Source of the DNA: Candidatus Methanoxibalbensis ujae
Lineage (GTDB): Archaea > Halobacteriota > Syntropharchaeia > Alkanophagales > Methanospirareceae
Direction: 5' to 3'
Assembly: GCA_026134085.1 (NCBI GenBank)
Contig: JAOQIN010000002.1
Location: forward strand, 4,859 to 68,858
Length of the DNA stretch: 64,000 nucleotides
Each line of letters opens with the position of its first letter. The stretch's first letter is position 1. A program made the translations under genes and the position numbers. The notes beneath the pieces are model-generated. The model was not told the DNA's origin. It was given only the letters and a program-made list of their open reading frames with translations, and did no database searches. Of the stretch, positions 10,390-18,752 are shown piece after piece.

Positions 10390-12095
10390 CTCCTCCGTTG
10401 TGACGGAGGACGCGCATTTATTGCATCAACATCCATCTCAACACCGATTATCGGATGGTCAAGGCTGAAATTTCTGATGACCTCGGGATGTATCTCGCCA
10501 AATACGCCGATCTCGCGGTCGTTCAGCATGATGATTGCTCTTCGTCCCTTTATGAATGCATCATCGTCTGAGGGCTTTATGACGGTGATGTCGGCGATTC
10601 CGAACTCTCTCAGAATCGCATCAACAACAGAGCGAATCTCCGCGAAGTTTGCATGTGCATGCATTGACACTGCTGCGAGGTTCGTTCTCTCCTCTCCTCT
10701 GAACACTGTGCCGATCTCAAATATTCGCTGAGGCATCTCACGGTGCTTGTTCATTGAGAGCACATCAATGAGATTTGGCATTATCGCACATCTCAGCATC
10801 TCATACTCCTCGCTTATCGGATGCGCCACCCGCACCACCTCGCAACTGCGGCGACGCATAAGTGTGAACTGCTTCCTCTCGGATGAGAGTGTGAATGTCT
10901 GCACCTCCATGAATCCGAGACCTATCATCATCTCCCTTATCCTGCGATTCCTCCGCTCCTCAGCATGCTCCTCGCCCACAACATCAGTTTTGGGAAGCGT
11001 CGGAACGATGCGGTCATAGCCGTAGCCTATTGCGATGTCCTCTATGATGTCCCATGGATGCAGGATGTCACAGCGATATGCAGGAACCTTCACAATCAAA
11101 ACATCATCTCCTTCGCTTCCATCGCCTCGCACTACATCCGCATGCAGACCCATGCGTGCACAGCATTTCACACTCGTCTCGGCATCTATGTCCAACCCCG
11201 TCAGAGCTCTGACCTCGCTCAGCCTCAGCTCATGCGTTGAGGGATTCAGATCCGGGGTCTCAATCACAGCGCCGTCCTGAGGCGACCTAACTTTCACTGT
11301 TTGAACGCGTCCTCCACGCTCTGCAAGCGCACATACAACAATGTTCAATGCGACAAACACATTTTCATCTGTCCCCGTGACTTCTATGAAAAGATCCCTC
11401 GTCTCCTCAGTAACTCTCGTCAACTCCGCGTTTATTATGGGAGGGAACGACAGAACATTACCATCATAATCAACAATCAATGGATATCTGTCCGCATCTT
11501 TCAATATAAATCCATATTCAATACCTTTTGGATGTCTCTCCAGAATATCTTTCATGGTCATTTTCTCCTTGAAATCAAGAGGGACAAATGAGAAATCCGG
11601 ATCAACTGCTGTGTATCTGAAATCGGGTTTGACCTTGCTGAGGTCGTGCACGCCTATTGATACCTTTCGCCTGTTTCTGCCTATACCCCTGTGTATGTGC
11701 TCCTGAAGGTTCATCAGCGACTCTATCGCACGTTCATCAAATTCAAGATCTCTCACAACTCCGCACACGACATAAGGACGCACATCAATCACAGCATCAT
11801 CAACATTCATCTCAATGCCGGACGGTGATGTCTCATATGATGAGATGCCCGGTTGAATGTTGAGGAACGCTCTCAACGCGCGTGCAACTCCTTCAACGCT
11901 GAACAGGTCAGGACGATTCGGAAAGAACTCAACATCCGTGAAATCCTCTCCATCCCTCTCCAGATCAGCGCCGAGAAATGGCAGCTTCTCCCTCACTGTA
12001 TCAATATCAACGCCCGTCAGTCTCTCAATGTCCTCGTGAAACAGCCTTATCGTCGGCATCTCCCTCCACCTCTCCACTATCACCTCCTCTATCAC
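10377..12095 (-). CDS. pheT: phenylalanine--tRNA ligase beta subunit (archaeal type)
   Basis: 572 aa with B3/4 and B5 domain-like blocks and FPNRPDLFSVEGVARAL, characteristic of archaeal PheT. Confidence 0.9.
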   Translation of the reverse strand: MIEEVIVERWREMPTIRLFHEDIERLTGVDIDTVREKLPFLGADLERDGEDFTDVEFFPNRPDLFSVEGVARALRAFLNIQPGISSYETSPSGIEMNVDDAVIDVRPYVVCGVVRDLEFDERAIESLMNLQEHIHRGIGRNRRKVSIGVHDLSKVKPDFRYTAVDPDFSFVPLDFKEKMTMKDILERHPKGIEYGFILKDADRYPLIVDYDGNVLSFPPIINAELTRVTEETRDLFIEVTGTDENVFVALNIVVCALAERGGRVQTVKVRSPQDGAVIETPDLNPSTHELRLSEVRALTGLDIDAETSVKCCARMGLHADVVRGDGSEGDDVLIVKVPAYRCDILHPWDIIEDIAIGYGYDRIVPTLPKTDVVGEEHAEERRNRRIREMMIGLGFMEVQTFTLSSERKQFTLMRRRSCEVVRVAHPISEEYEMLRCAIMPNLIDVLSMNKHREMPQRIFEIGTVFRGEERTNLAAVSMHAHANFAEIRSVVDAILREFGIADITVIKPSDDDAFIKGRRAIIMLNDREIGVFGEIHPEVIRNFSLDHPIIGVEMDVDAINARPPSQRRRCLC

Positions 12096-12694
12096 ACAAT
12101 CGCTCTGCCCTTCGCATTGTTACCGGCGAGTATTTTTTCACATACAATCGCATCTTCACCATCTGCGTAATACCGCTTCTCCACATACAACCGTTTGAAG
12201 CCGAGTTTGGCATAAAAAATGCGTGCGGCGATGTTGCTCACCCGCACTTCAAGTGTCATGCGCCTGAATCCATCATTCTTGAACGCATTTCCAACAGTCT
12301 CAATCAGCGCTGTTCCGACACCCATCCTCCTGTATTCAGCGTTCACCGCGATCCCCGATATGTGTCCGACAGGTTCATCCAGATATTTCACGGAGCCAGC
12401 GACAAATCCTATGATCTCTCCAGCTTCACGTTCACGTTCATCATGTTGTTCATCATGTTCATCACATTCATCACAGAGCCCCGCGTCACCACTGCAATGA
12501 TTGTCATCAATCTCACATATGGCGACGAAAAAATATCGTTTGAAATGCGAATACAGCTCGGCGATATCCTCGGCTGTGTTTGCTGTTTTTATGTTGCGCT
12601 GCCACAGAAGTATAATTGACGGCAGATCATCATCCCTCGCAGCTCTTATGCTCAACAGCTTTCCTCCGCACTCGCCCGAAAGCACAGTGCTCAT
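12092..12694 (-). CDS. GNAT N-acetyltransferase (RimI-like)
   Basis: ISGIAVNAEYRRMGVGTALI acetyl-CoA-binding motif. It has an acidic DECDEHDEQHDERE insert and 4-bp overlaps with both neighbours. Confidence 0.7.
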   Translation of the reverse strand: MSTVLSGECGGKLLSIRAARDDDLPSIILLWQRNIKTANTAEDIAELYSHFKRYFFVAICEIDDNHCSGDAGLCDECDEHDEQHDEREREAGEIIGFVAGSVKYLDEPVGHISGIAVNAEYRRMGVGTALIETVGNAFKNDGFRRMTLEVRVSNIAARIFYAKLGFKRLYVEKRYYADGEDAIVCEKILAGNNAKGRAIV

Positions 12695-13665
12695 CTCAAT
12701 CTTCTCCTGATAGGCTCTAATATGCTATTTAAATATCTTGATGCATTCATTTTCAAATCCAGGGGATGCAGATTGCCATTGACATAATCATACTCAACAT
12801 CCTCATACCTCTTATATGTGAGATCGCCACCGTATTTTGCATCTCTCTCAATTGTTATTTCTTCAAAATGCTGAAAGATAACATCTTTATAAATCTGAAG
12901 GATGGGATTTTCATCTGCTGTGCTTCGTGGAGGGCAGAAGGCATTCCTTATTTTCCTTCTTATCTCATTCTCATCGTCGTCAAGTGCTATGAAATTTCCC
13001 TTTGAGGAGGACATCTTGGTGCCGTCCAAGCCGAGGATTATGGGCATATGCACGCATACAGGTGCTTTGAATCCGAGTTTCGGAAGATATTCACGGGATA
13101 GCATGTGAATCTTCCGCTGGTCTGTTCCTCCGACTGCGATGTCAACGCCGAGAAATGCAATATCAACTGCCTGCATAAGAGGATAGATCATCTGCGACAC
13201 CTTCGGATTCTCCCTGCTGCGTGAAATCTCATCCATGCTCCTTCTTGCTCGCTGAAGGGAGGTCATGGCAGCCAATTTCAGCACATTCAGCATGTATCCA
13301 CGCTCCAATTGAAATGATGAGCCCAGTATGAACTCCGCTTTATCAAGACCTGTCGCAATGAAACATCGCCTGTTGTATTCCGCAATTTTATTTATCTCAT
13401 CAAAATCCCCCTTCTCATTCAGATATGCATGCAGATCGGCAAGCAGGACAATCACCCTGAATCCAGCATCCTGCATCTCCTTCAACTTGTGCAGTGTCAG
13501 CAGATGACCGAGATGAACGCTGCCAGAAGGCTCGTAGCCCGCATACACACTCAATTCATCCCCCGTCGTCAGTGCATTCCTGAGGTCTTCCACCGTCACA
13601 ACCTCCTCAGCGCCCTTCATCACGATATCCATCAATGCATCCGCAGATGCTCTTTCAATCATCAT
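12691..13665 (-). CDS. tyrS: tyrosine--tRNA ligase
   Basis: HLGH (HIGH) and KMSSSKG (KMSKS) motifs. The 324 aa length fits archaeal TyrRS. Confidence 0.9.
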   Translation of the reverse strand: MMIERASADALMDIVMKGAEEVVTVEDLRNALTTGDELSVYAGYEPSGSVHLGHLLTLHKLKEMQDAGFRVIVLLADLHAYLNEKGDFDEINKIAEYNRRCFIATGLDKAEFILGSSFQLERGYMLNVLKLAAMTSLQRARRSMDEISRSRENPKVSQMIYPLMQAVDIAFLGVDIAVGGTDQRKIHMLSREYLPKLGFKAPVCVHMPIILGLDGTKMSSSKGNFIALDDDENEIRRKIRNAFCPPRSTADENPILQIYKDVIFQHFEEITIERDAKYGGDLTYKRYEDVEYDYVNGNLHPLDLKMNASRYLNSILEPIRRRLR

Positions 13666-13899
13666 CTTTCAATCATCATAATCCCATCATAATCATAATC
13701 CTTATTTCTAATGATTCTCAGGCGTTTTACAGCACGCACATCAGCTGCACACAAAATACAGCGCATAATGCATTGTTAATGCATTGTGTTATTGAAGTGC
13801 TATAATGCTATAATGATACATGCTATAATGATACTTCACGAAACATCATCTTTTTATTATAAAAGAAACTTTGCTGAACCTGAGGTGACTGAGGTGATA

Positions 13900-14871
13900 A
13901 TGAGAAGCGCAGCATGTGTTTGTGTGGCAGTGATTGTTATGTCTGTGGTGTTCACATTCTGCGCAGCTGCGAACAACAATTGCCAATTATGCACAGTAGA
14001 TAATGGCGCCAATGGCGCCATGATTGGAGGTGCCGGAGCAGGTGCCGTGGCTGCCGGAGCATCGTCTGTGGAGTGGGGTATATGTGGTCCGATTGATCTC
14101 GTCATTGTCCTTGACAATACAGGAAGCATGGCAGACGCGATAGACAACATAAAGGCAGAAATGCCGGATATAATCGCAACCGCATATAATGCGTCAGGCG
14201 GCGATCTCAGGTTGGGATACATCACATTCAATGACAGCGTGTATGTGCGCAGCAACCTCACGACGAACATAAGTGCGGTTATGCACGCAATAAACACAAC
14301 TTATGCATCCGGCGGTGCCTACGCTCCTGAGGCATCTGACGAGGCGAAGAACACATCCATTAACAATCTGCCTGAGGGCATGAGACCCGATGCCACCGGA
14401 TATATGGGATATCAGTATGGAAATTTCACCACACCATACCGTCCAAACGCGACGAAGATAGTTGTGCTGATCACTGATGCTCCTCCAGGCGGATTTAATG
14501 ATACAGAAGATACGGAGGATGTAACTGCAATGCACACACATGCACTTACAGCGAGGAGCAAGGGAATTCTGGTGTGTGATGTCTTCGTTCCAACATACGG
14601 CGATTACGCAGGACAGCTCGCTATACTCAGGGATGATGCGGAGACAACTGGCGGCGCGTTCACCGTCGTGGCTTCAGATGGCAGCGGCACGGGAGCGGCA
14701 ATAAAGGAAATCATAACGAGATGCGGCAGAGCTAAGGGACCTGCAGCAGTTCCTATAATGTCATCCATCGGGATATTCGCAGTTGCTGCGATGCTTCTCA
14801 CAGTCTCAATCATATCTATCGTCAGGAACAACGGAGGCAGTGGTGGTATGCTGCGAAAACGAAAACCGTGA
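13900..14871 (+). CDS. secreted von Willebrand factor A (vWA) domain protein with C-terminal TM anchor
   Basis: Start chosen at the ATG at 13900, after a GAGGTGA. It has a signal peptide, a DLVIVLDNTGSM MIDAS motif, and a C-terminal hydrophobic helix followed by basic residues. Confidence 0.7.
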   Translation: MRSAACVCVAVIVMSVVFTFCAAANNNCQLCTVDNGANGAMIGGAGAGAVAAGASSVEWGICGPIDLVIVLDNTGSMADAIDNIKAEMPDIIATAYNASGGDLRLGYITFNDSVYVRSNLTTNISAVMHAINTTYASGGAYAPEASDEAKNTSINNLPEGMRPDATGYMGYQYGNFTTPYRPNATKIVVLITDAPPGGFNDTEDTEDVTAMHTHALTARSKGILVCDVFVPTYGDYAGQLAILRDDAETTGGAFTVVASDGSGTGAAIKEIITRCGRAKGPAAVPIMSSIGIFAVAAMLLTVSIISIVRNNGGSGGMLRKRKP

Positions 14872-15139
14872 CAGTAATTTCATCTTTGTTTTTTTTATTT
14901 CTTACTTATTTTTTGAATTGATCTCCCGCGGGATATCTCGCACGGGAGCTCAGATGTGCTCGTGAAAGCTCGATTAAAAGAATTGTTTCTGAGTATCTCC
15001 ATTGAATGGAGAGGTTCAAGGTAATTGCAAATCAGGAAACCGACAAAATCAATATCCTTTGCAGAAAGTTGGAAGTTGGATTGAGAATTGGAAATAAGTT
15101 TAAAGTGTTATGCACCTAACTATAGATCGCTGGGAAGGC

Positions 15140-15160
15140 GCTGTTGAAATGCCCAGCCCG
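15140..15160 (+). repeat. R0: half-site (right-arm box only) of the island repeat family
   Basis: GCTGTTGAAATGCCCAGCCC matches the (A)ACGTTRAGTGAAATGCCC right box of R1-R8. No left arm or inner stem is visible upstream. Confidence 0.5.
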
Positions 15161-15227
15161 CAGAATTAAGAATATGTTGCTGCTGATTCCTACATTTTCA
15201 AAGGTAGAGCAGGGTGGGTGAGAATAT

Positions 15228-15424
15228 TTATATAATATCGTCGTATTCTTCACTGCTCGCTATGCGAGCCCGCTCGCTATGCGAGCCCGATGCGAGCCCG
15301 GGTGGGGTCCGCCGAAGCCCTTCTGAGCCCGTGCCCGGAAGGCTTAAAGCCGGGTGGATGAAACGGGAACCACCCTGAAGGATGCCAAAGTGAGGGGAGG
15401 AGGTCACAGATAAGGAGGAATATC
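15228..15424 (+). promoter_or_regulatory. TATA-like box plus a ~160-nt GC-rich structured leader upstream of the first island gene
   Basis: TTTATATAA at 15228-15236. It is followed by tandem hairpins (GCTCGC-TAT-GCGAGC, twice), duplicated CCGGGTGG segments competing for one CCACCC, and an AAGGAGGA SD before the ATG at 15425. Confidence 0.3.
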
Positions 15425-15919
15425 ATGCATAAGAAAAGTATTGATCACCTGATTGGTCACATAGCATATATTGCTTTATATGTGGTATTGATAATATCCA
15501 CCGTTTTCCTTTACAATTCTGCCGATTTAGCAAAATTACTTTATGCAGGATGGATAATCCTGGTATTTGGAATCGTCTTTTTGTTGTGGTCAAGCGGATC
15601 ACGGAAGAAAGGGCGTGAAGAGGGTATTGTTGAAAGTGGAATGTATGCTTTTGTTCGCCATCCTGAGTTCCTCGGTCATATCCTGATAATTTTTGCGCTG
15701 GTTATTATTTCACAGCACTGGATCAGCCTGATTGTTGGCGCAGTCTTAATTGTTCTGCTGTGTCTTGCCATGATAGAAGAAGAAAAGAGAAATATAGAAA
15801 AGTTTGGCGATGCATACGGGGATTATATGAAAAGAGTTCCGAGAATAAATTTAATAGCAGGAATTGTTAAGCATAGCAAAAGAGAAAACGAAGATAATGA
15901 TAAAGATAAAATAAAATGA
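15425..15919 (+). CDS. isoprenylcysteine carboxyl methyltransferase (ICMT/PEMT) family membrane protein
   Basis: Multi-TM protein with a FVRHPEFLGHIL motif (family pattern RHPxYxG). Confidence 0.7.
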   Translation: MHKKSIDHLIGHIAYIALYVVLIISTVFLYNSADLAKLLYAGWIILVFGIVFLLWSSGSRKKGREEGIVESGMYAFVRHPEFLGHILIIFALVIISQHWISLIVGAVLIVLLCLAMIEEEKRNIEKFGDAYGDYMKRVPRINLIAGIVKHSKRENEDNDKDKIK

Positions 15920-15920
15920 G

Positions 15921-16045
15921 CGGACACTCTGCGGTGCTTTGACTCAGTCCTTCGGGTCACTTAACAGAGGGTATGCGGTTCGCTCCGCTCACCCAAATTT
16001 GCCCTATCGGGTGTCTTCGCATACCCGCCAAACGTTATACACAAT
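15921..16045 (+). repeat. R1: attC-like structured island repeat
   Basis: Left TCACTTAAC box, perfect 9-bp inner stem GGGTATGCG (15969-77) / CGCATACCC (16018-26), CCCAAATTTGCC loop motif, right AAACGTTATAC box. Confidence 0.75.
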
Positions 16046-16066
16046 CGGCTTTGTGAGGTGAGAAAA

Positions 16067-16214
16067 ATGGCTCAGCCCGTTATAAATTATGCACCTGAAA
16101 CTTGTGCATTTTGTGAAGGAAGTGGGGGCTGTAAATATAATTTAGGATACTATTGAAAGATGCCCTGCTTGTGGCGGAACAGGTTGGGCACATGCATTAA
16201 GACATGAAGAATAA
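16067..16214 (+). pseudogene. mini zinc-finger gene (two CxxCxGxG motifs) interrupted by a frameshift
   Basis: MAQPVINYAPETCAFCEGSGGCKYNLGYY stops at 16156. The next frame continues IERCPACGGTGWAHALRHEE to 16214. Joined, this gives a ~48-aa DnaJ-type Zn-finger-like peptide. Confidence 0.4.
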
Positions 16215-16326
16215 CTGCCGACTGCGTATAACAGCGGACATCGGCTGCGGTGCTTCGCACCTACGCCAAAATTCGGCAGAGCCGAACTTCGTATGTCCGC
16301 AAAACGTTGAGTGAAATGCCCAAGCC
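16215..16326 (+). repeat. R2: attC-like structured island repeat
   Basis: GTATAAC left box, inner stem GCGGACAT (16234-41) / ATGTCCGC (16293-300), CGCCAAAATTCGGC loop, right AAAACGTTGAGTGAAATGCCC box. Confidence 0.75.
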
Positions 16327-16361
16327 CTTTCATAAAAAAATCGCAATAGGAGGTGATAAAT

Positions 16362-16697
16362 ATGGCATTTAAAGCACTGTTCCTCGCCCATGCTCCTGAT
16401 GCAGAGGCAGAGAAGCATAGATGTGTTATTGAAACGCCCAAGTACTATAAGCTCCTTGTAGTAGTGGTAAAAAATCGGGAGCAGGCAATTGAAGTATGCA
16501 AAAAGGTTGTCAAAGAGGAGGGCATTCAGTCAATCCTTCTCTGTCCGGGATTTACACATAGAGATATTGCGGAGATATCAGAAGCGGTTGGTGAGAATGT
16601 CGGAGTTTTCGTGGCCAGAGGAGATGGTCCGAGTAACAGGATTTCAATGGAAGTGATGAGAAGAGAGGGATGGTTCTCAGAAAAAGGGAGAGAATAA
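16362..16697 (+). CDS. hypothetical small cytoplasmic protein (cassette cargo)
   Basis: ATG at 16362 after a GGAGGTG. 111 aa with an alpha/beta-like sequence. No motif was recognised. Confidence 0.5.
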   Translation: MAFKALFLAHAPDAEAEKHRCVIETPKYYKLLVVVVKNREQAIEVCKKVVKEEGIQSILLCPGFTHRDIAEISEAVGENVGVFVARGDGPSNRISMEVMRREGWFSEKGRE

Positions 16698-16740
16698 AAT
16701 TCCCTGCTCTCTTGTTTACTTTCAAGATAGGGAATGAAAG

Positions 16741-16850
16741 AGGCTTGGGCACTCTGCGGTGTTCGCAACCTTGTCCCTCGGGTCACTCTTGGGCGTAATC
16801 GGGCTCCGCTCCTTAAGCGAAGAAGGTTCGTAGATGAAAGTGATAGATGA
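16741..16850 (+). repeat. R3: degenerate attC-like island repeat
   Basis: Carries the TCTGCGGTG-TTCGCAACC-TTGTCCCTCGGGTCAC hairpin module and a GGTTCGTAGATGAAAGTGA right end. TAGATGAAAGTGA is duplicated and the inner stem is eroded. Confidence 0.6.
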
Positions 16851-16862
16851 AAGTGATAAGTC

Positions 16863-17237
16863 ATGAAAAACAAAAGTTCTGATGGAGGAGACAGGATGCA
16901 AACGTTATTGATAGTATCAGTGGCTTTTGCATTGTTTATTGTGTGTCCAAGAATGGCGGGAATGACCAATGTTATAACCAATGCCACGCAAACAAATATA
17001 ATTCATGTGGCAATTATAGGGACGATAATATCGCTTCCATTGATCATAGCAATGGTTTTGATCTTCAAGCAATATGGCTTATTTGCTGCGCTTGGCTTCT
17101 GTGTAATAACTGATTTGGGTGCTGCGTTTGTAATGAGGCAAATCAGCTTTAAAGCGGGTTTAGAAACTTTCATAATTGCTTTATTTTTAATTATTGGCGT
17201 CAAAGTTGCGTCAATAATTTCAAGCTGGTTATCATGA
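16863..17237 (+). CDS. small integral membrane protein (3-4 TM), function unknown
   Basis: 124-aa hydrophobic ORF filling the unit between R3 and R4. Confidence 0.5.
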   Translation: MKNKSSDGGDRMQTLLIVSVAFALFIVCPRMAGMTNVITNATQTNIIHVAIIGTIISLPLIIAMVLIFKQYGLFAALGFCVITDLGAAFVMRQISFKAGLETFIIALFLIIGVKVASIISSWLS

Positions 17238-17250
17238 AGATGCAGAGATC

Positions 17251-17400
17251 GAAAATCCACCGCTCCGCTCGATTTCCGTTCGCTCACGCTTCGGGACTAT
17301 CGCTCACGCCTGACGGGAGGATATGTGGCTTCACCTTCGGCTACGCCCAAATTTCGCAAAGCAAACTTCACATATTCTCGGAATGTTAAGTGAAATTGAG
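17251..17400 (+). repeat. R4: attC-like structured island repeat
   Basis: CGCTCCGCTC motif, inner stem GAGGATATGTG (17317-27) / CACATATTCTC (17369-79, 10/11), ACGCCCAAATTTCGC loop, right GGAATGTTAAGTGAAATTGAG box. Confidence 0.75.
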
Positions 17401-17467
17401 AACTTCGTGCGTAAAAATGATAAAGTATAAAAAATGAAAGTGTATCTGAAAAAAGGAGGTAAAAGAT

Positions 17468-18109
17468 ATGGTGGTGATAGGAGAGAAATTTCCGGAAATA
17501 GAGGTAAACACAACCCATGGAAGAATGAAGCTGCCGGAACAGTTCAGTGGAAAGTGGTTTGTGTTGTTCAGCCATCCTGCGGACTTCACACCGGTGTGCA
17601 CCACAGAGTTCTATGCGATGCAGAAACGCCTTGAAAAGTTCAAAGAACTCGGCGTTGAGGTTATAGGGCTCAGCGTTGATCAGGTGTTCAGCCATCTCAA
17701 GTGGATGGAGTGGATAAAGGAGAATCTGGGTGCCGAAATAGAGTTTCCGGTTATAGCGGACGACAGAGGATCCGTTGCAGAGGCTCTGGGGATGATACCC
17801 CATGGTGCGACTATAACTGCAAGAGCAGTGTTCATGGTGGACCCCAGGGGAATCATAAGGGCTATAGTCTACTATCCGGCAGAGGTCGGAAGGGACTGGG
17901 ATGAGATACTGAGAGCCCTGAAAGCACTGCAGACCAGCGATGCAAACGGTGTGGCACTGCCGCACAAGTGGCCTGAAAATGAGCTCATAGGCGACAGGGT
18001 AATAGTTCCCCCCGCGGACACAACAGACGCCATAAAGCAGAGAGAAAAGGCCAAAGCTGAGGGTGAAATAGAATGCTACGACTGGTGGTTCTGCCACAAA
18101 AAACTTTAA
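17468..18109 (+). CDS. peroxiredoxin (Prx6/1-Cys-like, archaeal thermophile type)
   Basis: [19 protein letters not shown] peroxidatic-Cys motif. The 213 aa sequence is very similar in pattern to Thermococcales/Archaeoglobus Prx. Confidence 0.9.
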   Translation: MVVIGEKFPEIEVNTTHGRMKLPEQFSGKWFVLFSHPADFTPVCTTEFYAMQKRLEKFKELGVEVIGLSVDQVFSHLKWMEWIKENLGAEIEFPVIADDRGSVAEALGMIPHGATITARAVFMVDPRGIIRAIVYYPAEVGRDWDEILRALKALQTSDANGVALPHKWPENELIGDRVIVPPADTTDAIKQREKAKAEGEIECYDWWFCHKKL

Positions 18110-18289
18110 CTCTTTTTTAATCTTTTCCGGGAAATTCTCCACAGAGCATGCCGGTGATGAACTGCGACATGCTGAGATGCTTGCGGGGAGGACAATACAA
18201 TGACACACCAATACTCAAACCGGAATATGACAGATAGTTGAGGTTCTGCATCCTGATGCAGGACAACTCGTCTGTTGTGATCAGCCGAT

Positions 18290-18543
18290 GGAATTGCTTG
18301 CAGAAAAAATTGAAGATGAAGGAATGGAAAAGTTCCAGTAGTTGAAAAAAACAGAAACAGGCGCAAGGATCAAAGTTGGTTCAATTCCACTGGAAGATAA
18401 TCATAACATGAATGGATAGAAGTAATTGCTGATGGTGTAGTTTATAGAGTCTAAAACTTGGAGATAAACCTGAGGCTGAATTTGAAATTGGAGCAGAAAA
18501 TATTAAGGCAGGAGAATACTGCAATACCCATCTGTGGAAATCA
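18290..18543 (+). pseudogene. decayed superoxide reductase (neelaredoxin-like) gene
   Basis: SOR-like fragments appear in order across three frames: GKVPVVE, IKVGSIPLEDNH, HEWIEVI and EYCNTHLWKS. Compare EKHVPVIE, VGKEIPHPNTTEHH, HHIRYIEL and SYCNIHGLWE. Stops and frameshifts lie between them. Confidence 0.45.
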
Positions 18544-18544
18544 C

Positions 18545-18690
18545 GGAGCGCCCTTCGTCCACGACTCTTCGGTTGCTCTTCAGTTGCTTCGCAACCTTGC
18601 CTTTCGGGTCATATAACAGCGGATAAAATGCTTCGCCCAAATTGCCCTCGGCAGCTTCTTTTATCCGCAAACGTTAAGTGAAATGCCCGC
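18545..18690 (+). repeat. R5: attC-like structured island repeat (best preserved)
   Basis: Double mini-hairpin module, ATATAAC box, perfect 10-bp inner stem GCGGATAAAA (18619-28) / TTTTATCCGC (18659-68), CGCCCAAATTGCCC loop, right CAAACGTTAAGTGAAATGCCC box. Confidence 0.8.
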
Positions 18691-18752
18691 CGTCTCTTTG
18701 AAAAAGAAAACATTTAAATCTGGAAAGAATTTAAAGAAAGGAAGTGATAAAA

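Noticed and set aside
15296-15400. Possible SRP (7S) RNA, because of GCCCGGAAGG
   Set aside because: The GGAA-loop helix closes with only 2 bp, and the conserved helix-8 AGCA/GGAAGCAGCC-type context is missing. I treat it as part of a structured leader instead.
17297-18211. 304-aa minus-strand ORF, plus the nested ORFs 17331-17513 and 17386-17604
   Set aside because: It lies antisense to a strongly conserved peroxiredoxin gene and runs through repeat R4. It is Cys/His-rich shadow-frame sequence.
18368-18392. tRNA T-arm-like GGTTCAATTCC, suggesting a tRNA or att-site remnant
   Set aside because: No acceptor, D or anticodon arms can be drawn around it. The same bases translate as the VGSIP segment of the decayed SOR gene.
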